A stretch of 64,000 nt of DNA from NCBI RefSeq assembly GCF_006345805.1, contig NC_043022.1:22196001-22260000 (forward strand), read 5' to 3'. A model generated the notes under the pieces. It was not told the DNA's origin, did not search any database, and worked only from the letters and a program-made list of their open reading frames with translations. This document shows positions 51,270 through 64,000 of the stretch, piece by piece. Positions within the stretch are counted from its first letter, which is position 1. The number at the start of each line of letters is the position of its first letter. This stretch comes from Octopus sinensis (taxonomy: Eukaryota). Both the position numbers and the translations under genes were made by a program.

Positions 51270-54200
51270 AAGTACTAATGGAGATTGAGAGAAATCTGAA
51301 ATGCACCCATGATAAAGCAGCCTATGCTATAGAAAATATAAAATCAAACCTGAAAGTTTGCCAAAATAAACTGTATTAGTGTGTTACAGGGTAGGGCCAC
51401 TCCTCCAAAAAGATGGCTCCCTCAAGGGAAACCCATTGAGGATATGTGAAACACTGGATGAATAATTCAAAACTGTTTTTATCCCACCTTTATGACATTT
51501 GCAAGTCAGTAAACCTACAAATTTCTTTTACCACTACAGATGTAAAAAGTGAGGCAGTAACAACTGATTACACCAATATAAAAGATGTAATACTAGCCAT
51601 AGACAAGGGAAGCCTGAAGTCAACAACTAGCCCTGGTAGTTTCCTAGCAATACTTCTAAAACCATGTAAATGAACCCTAGTAAAACCACTGCAGTCTCTC
51701 TTCTAGTTTCTTCGCAAGTTGCAAATTTCCAGGTATTTGAAGGAACGAATATGCCCTAATCATGAAGGAGATGGCAGAGTGGGTGCCAAAAACTATGGGC
51801 CTATCTCTCTAACATCGTATATCAGCAAAGTCATGAAACAGATAGTATGTAGGAAACTAATTGCATTCCTTGAAGAAAATGACTTGCTGACTGACCCCCA
51901 GTGTGGTTTCTGACCAGGTAGAAGCTGTTTGACACAACTCTTACTACACTGTTAGTGAATGCCACTCAAATGTAGACATGATATATCTCAACTTTGCGAA
52001 AGCTTTTGATTAAGTCAATCATAAAATGAAACATCACAAACTGCAGGAGTGGCTGTGTGGTGAGTAGCTTGCTTACCAACCACGTGGTTCCGGGTTCAGT
52101 CCCACTACGTGGCACCTTGGGTAAGTGTCTTCTGCTATAGCCTCGGGCCGACCAAAGCCTTGTGAGTAGATTTGGTAGACAGAAACTGAAAGAAGCCCAT
52201 CATATATATGTATATATATATATTATATATATATATATATATATACATATATGTATGTATATGTTTGTGCCCCCAACATCGCTTGACAACCGATGCTGGT
52301 GTGTTTACGTCCCAGTAACTATAGGCCTGTCGCTCTAACCTCGTATATCAGCAAAGTCATGGAACAGATAGTATGCAGGAAACTAATTGCATTCCTTGAA
52401 GGAAATGACTTGCTGACTGACACCCAGTATGGTTTCTGACCAGGTAGAAAACTAGGAGAGTAGCTACATGACTTTCTAAAAGATGGAAATCAGGTAGTGG
52501 TAATGAATGGGGGCCCACTCCAAGGAAACACAAATAGAGAGTGGTGTCCTACAGGGCACTGTCTTCGGGCCAATACTCAGACATGCAACTACTGAACTCA
52601 GATATACCCTCATCCACACAGAGAGCCACCCTCACAAACTATGCAGATGAAACAAAAGTGTCACAGGTGACATAAAATCCTAGAGATGACATGCACCTGC
52701 AATATGTGTTAGGTGCAATATACAAGTCGGCAGGGGCAGCATCCGTTTGTCTCGAGAGACGATGGTGTAGCTCGGAAAAAGTGGTGGGTTTATCTGCACT
52801 TCCTGGTGTGGCTGTGCTGGAGTGTCCTCTCCAGTCCCCTTCCTGTTGAGCTACAAGGCCCAGGCAGGTTTGTATGAGGGATCAGCTGTTTCCCATGCAG
52901 TTTGATCCCCCCCCTCTCCACGCAGCTGGTCGCTCAAGGGAGCGACAGGTTGATACAGCTTGGTACCAGATGCGTCGCAGGAGTTGCCGGTGATGACGTG
53001 TTGTGTCAGGCCGCCTTAGGGACTCCAGCTCCGGATTTTCTGTTGGGGTTTACTCCCTTAGCCTTCCCCAGGAAGGGGTCTTGCCGCAAATATACAAGTA
53101 GGCTGACGATAATAATATGCAGTTTAATGCAAAAAAAAAGTTTCAAACCCTAGGCTATCAACAAAGTTAAATACAATGCAGAGATAAATACACTGGACCT
53201 GGAGGGGTCAAGAGTTCCAGAATCAACATCAGTGTTTAACCCTTTAGCATTTAAACCGACCATATCCGGCCCAAATATTATACCGGTTTTATGTTTTAAA
53301 CTAGCCAGATCTGACTTTGCACACTTATCCTACAATGTCATTCTAAGAATAAGCAATCACATCCTCAAAATTTCAATGCTACGATGTCATTGCATGATTA
53401 ATTCAAAACAATTTGATTACATAAGCATTACATTCGACAGAATAATCTGAATACTAAAGAGTTAACCTGGACATTGACATGAGTCATGATGCAGTCTTCC
53501 ATTTGCATATTACTAAGCTGGCAATGAAATGCAGGTGGCTGACCAAATGGATCCTAAGAACTTTCAGAAAAAATAAGTGAGCAAGAAATCAGGATGATCC
53601 TCTGCAGGGTATTTGTCCTAAGCTGTCTTGATTATTGCTCCCAACTGTGGCCACAACAAAGTGTGAAATTAATAGTGGAACTTGAAGCATTTCATCTGTG
53701 GGAGTGGGTGGTTGGCTGGGCCCAGCAATGCACTCATCAATGCTTTCATTCTTTGGAACACAAAGAAGATAGCATTACTCTTTACTCTTTTACTTGTTTC
53801 AGTCATGTGACTGCGGCCATGCTGGAGCACCGCCTTTTAGTCGAGCAAATCGACCCCAGGACTTATTCTTTCTAAGCCTAGTACTTATTCTATCGGTCTT
53901 TTTTGTCGAACCGCTAAGTTACGGGGACGTAAACACACCAGCATCGGTTGTCAAGCGATGTTGGGAGTGAGGGGACAAACACAGACACACACACACATAT
54001 ATATACGACGGGCTTCTTTCAGTTTCCGTCTATCAAATCCACTAACAAGGCTTTGGTCGGCCCGAGCATATAGCAGAAGACACTTGCCCAAGATGCCATG
54101 CAGTGGGACTGATCCCGGAACCATGTGGTTGGTAAGCTAGCTACTTACCACACAGCCACTCCCGCGCCCATAGTGCTAATTAGCTACTATGAAAGACTGA

Positions 54201-54545
54201 AGAGGTCAAAACATTACTCCCTGGAACAAAGGCAGGAAAGATACGCAATATACTTCTGGAAGATCCTGAAAGAACTCATCCCAAACTTTGGCACTGAAAG
54301 TTATAACAGAGTACCTAAAATACCTTCCTTGCCGTCAAAATATAGGATCAGGTACTGCAATAGCGTGGAAGATTAAATATCCTCCTGAAAGAGTTGTGAA
54401 ACTTAACATGGTGTTGTAGATATCTTCAAAATGAAACTGGATCTCCTACTGTCAAGGAGTCCCATATGAGCCAACTCTACAGCAGGAAGTGGGAATAAGC
54501 GCAACAGCATGAATGTCCCTCATTCACCAAATGCCAACAATCAAG
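51270..54545 (+). mobile_element. CR1-group LINE ORF2 pseudogene, multiply interrupted
   Basis: NYGPISLTSYISKVMKQIV, QYGF, SGVLQGTVFGP, YADETK, LDYCSQLW, YYERLK...YSLEQRQERY. Interrupted by SINE A twice, a bipartite RTE element and a TTAA MITE. Confidence 0.85.
52728..53088 (-). mobile_element. Bipartite RTE/BovB-like non-autonomous element with 11-bp TSD
   Basis: aatatacaagt at 52717-52727 and 53089-53099. RTE-like 5'UTR (gggagtaaacccc...aatccggagctggagtccc) joined to an RTE-like 3' end (catcgtctctcgagacaaacggatgc). Confidence 0.65.
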
Positions 54546-54665
54546 TTAGCTACTGTGACAAATGTGTACAAAAGATTGGTTACAAATATCAAAACAAAAC
54601 AGTTCTCAATCGATGTAAACACGAGAAAAATGTAGAATGAGAGAAACATTTTTTGACTTGCATAC

Positions 54666-55221
54666 CTTGAGTTTTAGCCGAAGAGTTTGGTATTGTTGAG
54701 GACGGAGGAACTGCTGTCTCGGAGTTGGCATTAACTAAGCTGGATTGCGATTCATTCAATTTAGTATTCCTTTGAAGTGTTGTAGAATCATCGATGTCGC
54801 CTGTAACCTTGAGACTTGGTACTCCAGATCCATAGTTGGAAGTTCCTTTTAAAATACTTTTAGGTTTTGGCCGGAGTGGAGGTGGTACCGTCGGCCTGGG
54901 AGTAGAAAACGAATTGATTTTTTTTATGGTGACCATACTGTCCGCAGATGAAGCATCAGTGGAAGTGGGTAGTTGGCTGGGCCCAGCCATGCCCTCGTCG
55001 ATACTCTCACTCTTTGGAACATTATAACTACCGCTTCTCTTGAATAGCTTGGTAGTCTCTTTTTCACTGTGGCGCCTAAACAGCCCTTTCTTTACTTCGT
55101 CCAACTTGTTCAGTTCATCTTCGGTCAAAACCGACTGTTCTTTACCTTTCTCTTTCTTTTTCTGTTCCTTCTTCTCCTTCTCTTTCTTTTTGTCTTTCTC
55201 TTTCTTTCGGAAACTGAACAT
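54666..55221 (-). CDS. MYO18A: First coding exon of an unconventional myosin-XVIIIa-like gene (KE-rich N-terminus)
   Basis: MFSFRKKEKDKKKEKEKKEQKKKEKGKEQSVLTEDELNKLDEVKKGLFRR resembles the MYO18A N-terminus as I recall it (MFNLMKKDKDK...[30 protein letters not shown]). There is an in-frame TAA four codons upstream of the ATG and a splice donor CAAG|GTATGC at 54666/54665 (phase 1). The rest of the listed ORF is intron read-through. No PDZ or motor exons recognised in the window. Confidence 0.75.
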
Positions 55222-56700
55222 GATCAGTTGTTAATAATGTTCAACCTATCACCGAATATCTAAATCCAGAAATGTTAGCGGCCGCAGCCTTCGTCGTTGT
55301 TGCGCAAACCCAGTCGGTTGTTACAGTTTAAACAAAGTATCTCCAGCGCGTATCAAACGTAATAAAAAAACTGAGACGGGTAGGTTTGAAAGAACCAACC
55401 ACAAAGTGTCACCGTCCCTTTTGTCACTACTGCTCTCCGAGTTGCGAGTGTGTTTGTCTGTGATGTGTGTATGTATGCGTGTGACGATTGTGTGTGTGCA
55501 AACATGTGTGTAGATTTTAAAAAATTGCTTTGGACCGTCGTAAGAGGAAAACAGCCGAAGTGATGCGAGAAAAGTATTCTTGCCCGATTTAGGAAAGTTG
55601 TCAGTGGTCAGGGAGTTTCTATTCAAACAATTAGAACGCTAACTTAATATACACGAGATAATGGAAGCATTACTGTCTGCGAACAAAACAATATTGTTCG
55701 AATGTTATATATATATAAATATATATATAAACACAAAGTTAGATAATTTGTCTACGGACGTCAGAAGTACAACAGACAATTACACGTTTATCAAGAAGTA
55801 CTCATCCAAAAATATAAAAGAAAAAAAAAAGACAATGGGACCTTTCGGAGACACTTCATATCAGACGGCCAGTGTTCGCAAGAGATATACAAATAACAAA
55901 AATGTTGCAATTCAATCGGTTTGTTCGTAGTTTTAAGTCACTGACCAGAAGCACATGTATGATGAGAAAATATATTTCCAGTTGTAAAAAGTGTCCTTTT
56001 TTTTTTCAACTGCAGCATTTAACAAAAATCCCTTTCACTCTCCTTCGTTGAGCTTCGAAGAACAAATCTACAAAACAACAAATGTTAGACTTCCTAAGTT
56101 TCACCACCACCATTACCACTACAAAAACTGATAAGACCACCTCTACTACCACTACAGCTAAGAAAATAATCACTGCTACTACTACTACTGACACTGCTAA
56201 TAATACTAATAGTATTACTTATATTACTATTAATACTACAACTACCACTATTACAACTACAAAACAGGAGGGAGGGGTTGTACTTTGCTAGGATTGGTGT
56301 TGGCGGGGATGATAAGATAAAAGTAATTAGTGTGTCGCGTGTGTAACAGTTAGTGCGCGCGCCTTCTTACGTTTGGCTATGTGCAAGTGTGTAGGTGGCA
56401 GTGGTAGAGGGAGAAAGAGTGCGATAGAGCAGACGGGGAAAGTGAACCTTTGACGCGGGTAATAGAGATAAGAGAGGTACTGTTGGTTGTGCGCGGCAAC
56501 GCTTTCTTCTGCTGGTTGTGAAAGGAAACACCAAATAAACAAACGTGAGTCTGAGGCGAGGCTAGAATCTGCTTCTTAATCCTATAACATGGCTGACAAC
56601 TATCCGGGCACCTGCCAAACAAATACTTCCGCATCGTACATCGTAGACGAACTTAGAGAGCTAACCAAGGTGTAACAACTTGGACGAAATGCACATCGAT
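55222..56700 (-). promoter_or_regulatory. Probable 5'UTR/promoter region of the MYO18A-like gene
   Basis: SINE-free, relatively CpG-rich sequence directly upstream of the start codon. TSS not determinable. Confidence 0.35.
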
Positions 56701-59700
56701 AGAGACGAGATGTTTTTTTTGCCATTCATATCATATCTAAGTACGCTTCCATGATTAATATAAACACGAGGTCGGTTCAACAATTGTATATCCAAACTTA
56801 TTTGTAACTGTTATCAAAAAACACACCGTCACACATCAGGTTGTATTCATACACCATAGCAAGGGAGGTCACTCTGTCCTCTCACCTGGTAAAGTTACGT
56901 CACATTTCGTAACGAGTGGTCAATCACAGCAGACAAATCGTTCGATTGTAAGGAGAGAGAGAAGAAGGAATGTGTCTGTGTGTCAGCTGTGATCTTGCAC
57001 TTATCCATACACGTCCCTTTATCAATATTACAGCGAACGTCAGAAATAGTTAGAAAAAATATATGTTCATTCTTCTGCAACACCTTGGTATTATAACGCC
57101 GCAAAGTTGAGTAGCAGCAGTTTGTTTATCTGTCTACTGAGTCGGTTATATTTCACTGTTTATCTATTCACTAATTATCTGTCTAATCATATGTTTATAT
57201 ATATACATACTATATATTGGCGATTATATTTCTTATATATGTATCAGCCGACTCATTTGGCCGTCTCTCTAACTTTATCAAGAGAAACAGTAGAATCCTC
57301 GGAAGCCAATGCTCGCACAAACTAATTCTTCACTTTGTAAACCACACCCTCTCTTCTAATCTGCTTACTGTTCTTCCATTGCCTTTTGGTCTGTTTATCT
57401 TTTTTCCTTGGACTCTCTGTATTAACGCAGACGTACAGAAAGCCAACAGTGCTTTATAGTATCTTCATTTGATATCTCTGACTTCAAATCCATCTGAGTC
57501 GATTGTTATTTCCGATGAATAATAAATAAATATTTATGTTAATCAAGTATTCTCACTGATAGTTTTTAGTGCTCCTCGACATTTTACAATCATATCTATT
57601 TCAAACATGGTTATTTATAAAGGTGTGTGTTAGCTGTTGATGTTAATACTGTGTATTTGTAGTAAAACAGCAGAATCCGTGGAAACTAGTGTTATTCTGC
57701 ATCATCGAATGTATGTGTGTGACGACAGTGATATCAAAATTAAAATATATCATTCGTGGGCTATATAATGTTTACTCCTGTTGTTAATTCACATCTCTCG
57801 TGTATCTCAGAACTGAGATTATCCCTCTTTCACTTTTCCTTCTCTATCGCTTGTACATTAAACACAAATCTGGACAGAGGCCAAAGATGGAGTTTTTTAT
57901 GTGGTCGCTCGACCTACAATAAATTGCAACCAAATCCCCCACCTGCCTACACCATTTTCGAAAGGTAAAGACGCATTGATTAACGTAGTGCTATATATGT
58001 AACATACTTTACTGAGAGAAGGATAAAGTGATTATAGCTGGATCGGTTTTTGATCATAGGTCTGCTGAAGCAAAGCTAACCCGGAGATAAACAAACCACA
58101 CGAACCTTAGAAAATACCTGCAATGCAGATGACACGACAACCCTGTCTGATTCACTACAGAATTCCTATACTCACCTAGTCACACACAAATGAAGTCACA
58201 TATCAACTCATGAATATTAATATTTTCTTTTTCCTTTCGTTCTTCCTGAATCAATAAAAAAAAATGTACCAGTAATATCCTAGTGACCATTATTATAAAA
58301 GAAAGAAAATAACAAAATCATCGTCGCCATCATCATCATTATTAGAGTGATGGGTTGATAGATGCTTTAGCGTTCTGGACAAAATTCTTTACAAGGATTG
58401 TTCCCGCTTTTTTACCTTCTGAGTCGATGCCCTGCAAAAATCAACCTTGCTTTTCATCATTTCAGCGTTGATAGAATATTTTATATATATTGATAACGTA
58501 AAGCTGTTTTGTTTTAATATTCATCGATTTTATGGCTAACATAAATAATTAACACTTGAGTGAGTTAAAATTTTTAAAAAATGATTTGGAGTGAATAGAA
58601 AAGAAAGTGTTGAAAGACAAAAGGTATTAAGGTATTTGACAAAAAAGAAAAAAATTCCATAATTAATTTGGTACACCAATATCCAATATTCCTTTCTTCT
58701 ATAGGCACAAGGCCTGACATTTTGGGGCGGTGGGTGAGTTGATTACATCGACCCCAGTGTTCAATTGGTACTTATTTTATCAACCCCAGAAAGAATGAAA
58801 GGCAAAGTCGACCTTGGCGGAATTTGAACTCAGAATGTAAAGACAGACGAAATACCTATTTTTTTACTACCCACAAGGGGCTACACACAGAAGGGACAAA
58901 CGGATTAAGTCGATTACATCGACCCCCAGTGTGTAACTGGTACTTAGTTTATCGACCCCGAAAGGATGAAAGGTAAAGTCGACCCGGCGGATTTTGAACT
59001 CAGAACTTAACGGCAAATGAAATACTGCTAAGCATTTTGCCTGGTATGCTAATGATTCTGCCAGCTCACCACCTTACACCAATATTTAATATTGCCAGCA
59101 TTTTTGAAAAGTTTCCAATATTTTATCACTGAATTCAGATTTTTTTTAGTTTTACAGAAACACCCAATAAAATTTTGGCAGCTCAGGTATTCAGATGTTA
59201 AATTTCTGCCAGCTCACCACTGAGTGCACACATAGGATTGCTTATAGATAATGTGGGAAAACCCTTTGGCTTGGCTCTTCATCACATGTAAAAGATGTGA
59301 TGACCATTAGATTCATATATTGATATAAGATCCATGGTTATGAACATGTATAATACGGTATTCAGATTAATATAATCATATATATTCTACTTTTCATCAG
59401 TGGGAATATTCCATATATAGTTATTCTTGTTTTATTCACATGATTTTTAGTCTATCATGTGTCAAGAAAGAGCTTCAAGGATTCATATATTCAATATAAA
59501 TTCAAAAACACTTCCATGCTTCCTGAGATTTGCCAACAATACACCTGATTTTCTCCCCTCCATACACACACAAGCATGTATATGACTCATACACTATTCA
59601 GTTTCCAGACATTTGTACACAGAATCCACCACCTAAATCTTTAGGGAAGGAAGGTGAGATAGATAAGCAGATGGAAGAGTGGCAGAATGAACATTGTTGT

Positions 59701-59869
59701 CTATATCCAATATTGGTTGAGAAGAAGTAGACCAAGTCCTAGGTAAAGTAACAAAGTGATCTAACAAAATGAACTTCGTGGTTAAATGTGACAAATCACA
59801 GTTTTATGTGTATCAATACTATTATAAATTTAAACTTTGTATTAGGACTAGTTTTTTCATCTTCCTGTT

Positions 59870-60325
59870 CAAAGAACATCAGACTACCAGGGCCTTCTAG
59901 TCGTCTCTGTCAAGTGCCCAATTCCAAGTTTTCTTCAGATACCCTAACTTCCTTGGGCCCTGCAGAGACCACTGGAGACACTGGTTTAGAGGTTGGGTGG
60001 GATACATTTTCATCACATGCCATTTCATCCTCCTGCTATCCACCAACTAACTTAACAACAATCTTCTTAGTATTTCCAGGCTGGTAATAGAGTCTCTGTA
60101 TGAAAAGTGGTGCTAGAGGCCATGACTCACAGCCACAGAGAAGATCAAAGCAGACAATGCTTGACATCAGTTGGATTTCGATCTTTACACTGATGTAAAC
60201 TTTCTAGATTCTTCTTAATTTGAGAAAGGCATTGTTAGCTTTGCTAATTCTTATATTAACTTCTTCCTATCTCCATTACAGCTGATCTTACTGCCAAAGT
60301 ATGTGATGTCTTTGCATTCTTCCAG
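59870..60325 (-). mobile_element. RTE-type LINE fragment
   Basis: YFGSKISC...EVNIRISKANNAFLKLRRI on the minus strand. Confidence 0.55.
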
Positions 60326-60374
60326 ATGTTCACCTACATGGATCAACTACTTAAAAAAAAAGACCAAAAAAATG

Positions 60375-60770
60375 CTAGGGGCATTCAAAGTTACCCCAAC
60401 TGCAGAACGGGGCGCCACTGCATGGTGCCAAAGATTTCAACATCACCATCAAAATACAGGACCAGATACTGCAACAGCTTGGGTTTCAGGGGACCACAGC
60501 TCTTCAATATCCTTCCTAAATGCCTGAGAGACCTGCATGGTGTGGATGTGGGTTTCTTTAAAACTAAACTGGATCTCTTCATGTCGGGGGTCCCAGATGA
60601 ACCTACCTCTCGGCAGGAAACACAGATGCAGGCAGCGGCATCGAACTCCCTTGTTGATCAAGTGCCACGTATCAGAGGTGGTTTCACATACTAGTGTAGC
60701 TCATTCAACGGTGGTGCCCAGCATGGCCGCAGCCTTCGGGCTGAAACAGTTTTAAGGATTAAGGATTTTA
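60375..60770 (+). mobile_element. CR1-group LINE 3' end with structured tail
   Basis: NSLGFRGPQLFNILPKCLRD...FKTKLDLFMSGVPDEP, then ggtggtgcccagcatggccgcagccttcgggctgaaac and (taaggat)n. Confidence 0.85.
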
Positions 60771-62031
60771 AGGGGCAACTATTTTTACGCCAAGGTGACT
60801 AAATATTGGGACAAAACAGATAATACATATGTGTGTGTGAGTGAGCTCATATAGTAAACAATGCATCTCCATTGGTTTCGATAATGAGGATTAAGTTGTT
60901 CAATCAGCTGAGTGACCACCTCATTGAATTAGCATATAAAAAGCTGGGCATTCTCCATGAAAGACAATCCACATTTCTTGTAAGCTTTGAATGTTTTTCA
61001 AGTTTCCATTTGATGTTATAGTCTGCAGCCTTATCTTTCAACTAGTATATATGTTTGACCAGTGTAGCCATGTTCTGTCTCTCAAAGTGTTTGAAGTATG
61101 CAGTGTGGTTGTATAGGTTTTCCTTAAAGGGACCACTGGCTCGCCTCGTGGCTTTTGAAAGCGCGTGGCAATCCAAGGGACATAACTCTGGAAAACTTTG
61201 GGTTCAACCGATGCCAGTATGAAAAACGGACGTTAAGTGATGATAAGGCGTAAGGGGAACTCCAAAGGGGAAAATGCCAGTCATTACATCTACGTTGGAC
61301 TCAAACATTTAATGCAAGGTACTGCCATTCATGAGAGCAGTGAGCGTAAAGTTCTAGAAGGCTCCGACTAAAACAAATTCTTCACGATAATTTTTCCTCC
61401 TTTCATCTATTCTGAGATTCACCTTTACTTACAAACTTTGACCCTCGTTCACTTTATTTTCCCGTCCAATTATCTCATAGCTTCGTCTTATTCTTTCTTC
61501 TCCTCTTGCCCACTTTTTATTCCCCTCCACCCCATACAAACAGGCATACATATAATACTTCTTTGCGGCATACTAGATTCTTCCCTCTGACTTCTGAATT
61601 CGTAAGGCCAATCCAAGGGACATAACTCTGGAAAGCAGTTACCTCAGGTTCTCCAATACTTTTTAATTATAAACAGAAACAACGGGGGAAGGGAAAACGA
61701 ATTGAAAATGTGTTTATGGGGAGAAAATATTGAAAAACATCAGTAGGGGCTATTTTGGTATGCGATCTACTCTTTTCATTGTGATCTACAAGAAAAGTTA
61801 TACTCATGAAGAACAAAGAAAACAACGATAAACTTAGTAAAGTTGTTTTAAATTTACTTCGTTCTTATTTCTTTTTAATAATAAATGTATAAAATTTATA
61901 AAAAATTTAATAGGCGTAGGAGTGGCTTAGCAAACTCGTGGTTCCGGGTTCAGTCCCACTGCGTGGCACCTTGGGCAGGTGACTTCTACTATAGCCTCGG
62001 GCCGACCAAACCCTTGTGAGTGGATTTGGTA

Positions 62032-63181
62032 GATCCTGCGGTATAGATACACACGTGACTTTGTTTACATTTCTGAAGATAACAAAAACCCTTTTCTCCC
62101 ACCCCTAACACAAACCCTAATCCTATCCCTAACCCCCCATATATAAAAAAAAAAGCACTTTCTTGAAATGTATCCCGTACTTATACCGAAGTTACGCCTG
62201 TGCTAGAAAGAACATCCAAATTTCCTTTAAATCACAGACCTTTTCGTGTGAAAATATTTACAAAAATTCCATGTGCGTAGTGCAAAAAAGAAATTACCCA
62301 CAGTCGGTCCGAAGGGGACTAAAGTGAAAAAAAAATTATAAACTTTCAAACATTTTTTTTCTGTTTTCATAAAATAGATACCACCCATCCTTTCGAAAGC
62401 CGGGCAGAGAAAAAAAATGGGAAAATCCTCAGCAAAACAGAGAAAATTCAACTTATGTAGGTGTCTTGTACCGAAACTCCGCTGAATAAGTTATTCTTAC
62501 ATGAAAAACTGGTAAAGGAGTGACAAGAAACTATTTTGATGATATATTCGTATAACCCATGCTAGCATGGGGGTAAAAAGAGAAAAAAAAAACCAAACGA
62601 CGAACAAATATAAAGACGTGTGCGTCTGCTAACGTAGCGGGATGTTCTTTACATCAGGTTCTATTTATCAGTTTACACCGTGGAGTCTCATTGCTTGGCG
62701 CCACATTCAATATTATGTTGTCAATACGGAATATAATTCGTGAGAGAAGGACGTTGAATTTGATGGTTAAGAGAGAGTTAACGTTGTTTCAAAGGGAGAT
62801 GTTATTAAACAGTGGGAGTTGAAGTATATTTGTAAGTATGTCTTAGTTATTCTTTTAGTAGCAACATACATATATGTGCACGTTTTTTTAGCCTGCCAAC
62901 CGTGATCGAGCAGACTTTGGTATTTATGTCTGTTTGTGGATCAATTGGAAGTTGAAATATCAACACTGTTCAGGGCAAAGTCCAGACAGAGGCACTCCCT
63001 CATTTCTTTTTTCTTTTGGGCGTAACTTCGGTATAAGTACCGGAAGTACCGGATACATTTCAAGAAAGTGGGTTTTTTATATATATATATGGGGGGTTAG
63101 GGTTAGGGTTGGGAGAAAAGGGTTTCTGTTATCTTCAGAAATGTAAACAAAGTCACGTGTGTACCTATACCGAAGGATCGC
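62032..63181. mobile_element. Foldback/MITE-like element with ~160 bp TIRs containing TTAGGG-like runs
   Basis: ~62032-62198 is the reverse complement of ~63019-63179. Confidence 0.75.
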
Positions 63182-63185
63182 TTTT

Positions 63186-63457
63186 GGCGATCTTTCGGTA
63201 CGAGATACATAGCTGTCACGTGGGTTTATTTACATTTCTGAAGAAAAAGGAAACCGTTCCCCCACCCCTAACCCTACATATATATATATAAAAAAAAAGA
63301 AATTGGCGTAACTTCCAGAAGTACTGGATACATTTCAAGAAAGTGTTTTTTTTAAATATATATATGGGGGGTTAGGGGTGGGAGAAAAGGGTTTCTGTTA
63401 TCTTCAGAAAGGTAAACAAAGCCACTTCCGGTACCCTACGTATACCGAAGGGTCGCC
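63186..63457. mobile_element. MITE of the same family (GGCGATC...GGTCGCC termini)
   Basis: ggcgatctttcggtacg ... cgtataccgaagggtcgcc, with internal inverted arms matching the previous element. Confidence 0.7.
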
Positions 63458-63648
63458 AAGAAATTTTACGGAAAGTGACGATCTTCTTGACATGTAAACA
63501 AATACACGTGATATAAAGGGTACTCGTATCGAAAGAATGCCCTGTCTCTTTATACACATTGATATGTTTATCGAACACTTTATAATCGTAATGTATGCCG
63601 TGAAAAGTATTTTAATAAAATTTTAATAAAAATAAAAACACAATTTCC

Positions 63649-63975
63649 GGTGATCTTTCGTTTTAACTCGAAATAATGTAAACTTTGAATTGGGAAGAGA
63701 AAGCTAATGGGTTGTGCGTACGTGCTTGTTCCTCAGTGTGTGTGTGTGTGTGTGCGTGCGTGCGTATTCTTGTTTGTTTCTCTGTGTGTTATTTCTACAT
63801 TCCACAACATATAAATACAAAATACAAAAAAAAAAACAGAATAGACACACATACAGAAGAAAAAGCACGCACAACCCATTGGCTTTCTCTTCCCAACTGA
63901 CAATTGACAAGACGTGGTCGCGGAAATCACCGAATTCAATGTTTACATTATTTCGAGTTAAAACGAAAGATCGCC
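63649..63975. mobile_element. Related MITE with ~42 bp TIRs
   Basis: ggtgatctttcgttttaactcgaaataatgtaaac ... gtttacattatttcgagttaaaacgaaagatcgcc, plus inner inverted arms. Confidence 0.8.
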
Positions 63976-64000
63976 CAAGGGAGAAACTCGGATCTTGTAA

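Noticed and set aside
54589-54665. C-terminal part of the 210-aa ORF as coding
   Set aside because: It lies after a good GT donor and is most likely intron read-through.
63090-63112. TTAGGG runs as an interstitial telomere
   Set aside because: Only 2-3 units, and they are part of MITE inverted arms.

Overview
AT-rich, repeat-dense animal DNA. The SINE repertoire looks like Octopus or another coleoid cephalopod (inferred, not searched). The only host coding sequence I recognise is the first coding exon of a myosin-XVIIIa-like gene (minus strand, 55221-54666). The ~54 kb to its left reads as one very large intron full of tRNA-derived SINEs, microsatellites, MITEs and decayed mariner, maT, Tigger, piggyBac, RTE, CR1 and Penelope-like elements. 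The most notable signal is a set of about a dozen minimal type I hammerhead ribozyme motifs, intact or decayed, from at least seven unrelated short repeat families. Most sit in or beside (TA)n tracts, and several form asymmetric inverted duplications typical of Penelope-like retroelements. One family joins a Pol III tRNA-like head to a hammerhead-bearing tail, suggesting a SINE mobilised by Penelope-like machinery. Nearly all long ORFs in the track are micro/minisatellite or SINE artefacts. Coordinates were read by eye and repeat boundaries are approximate.
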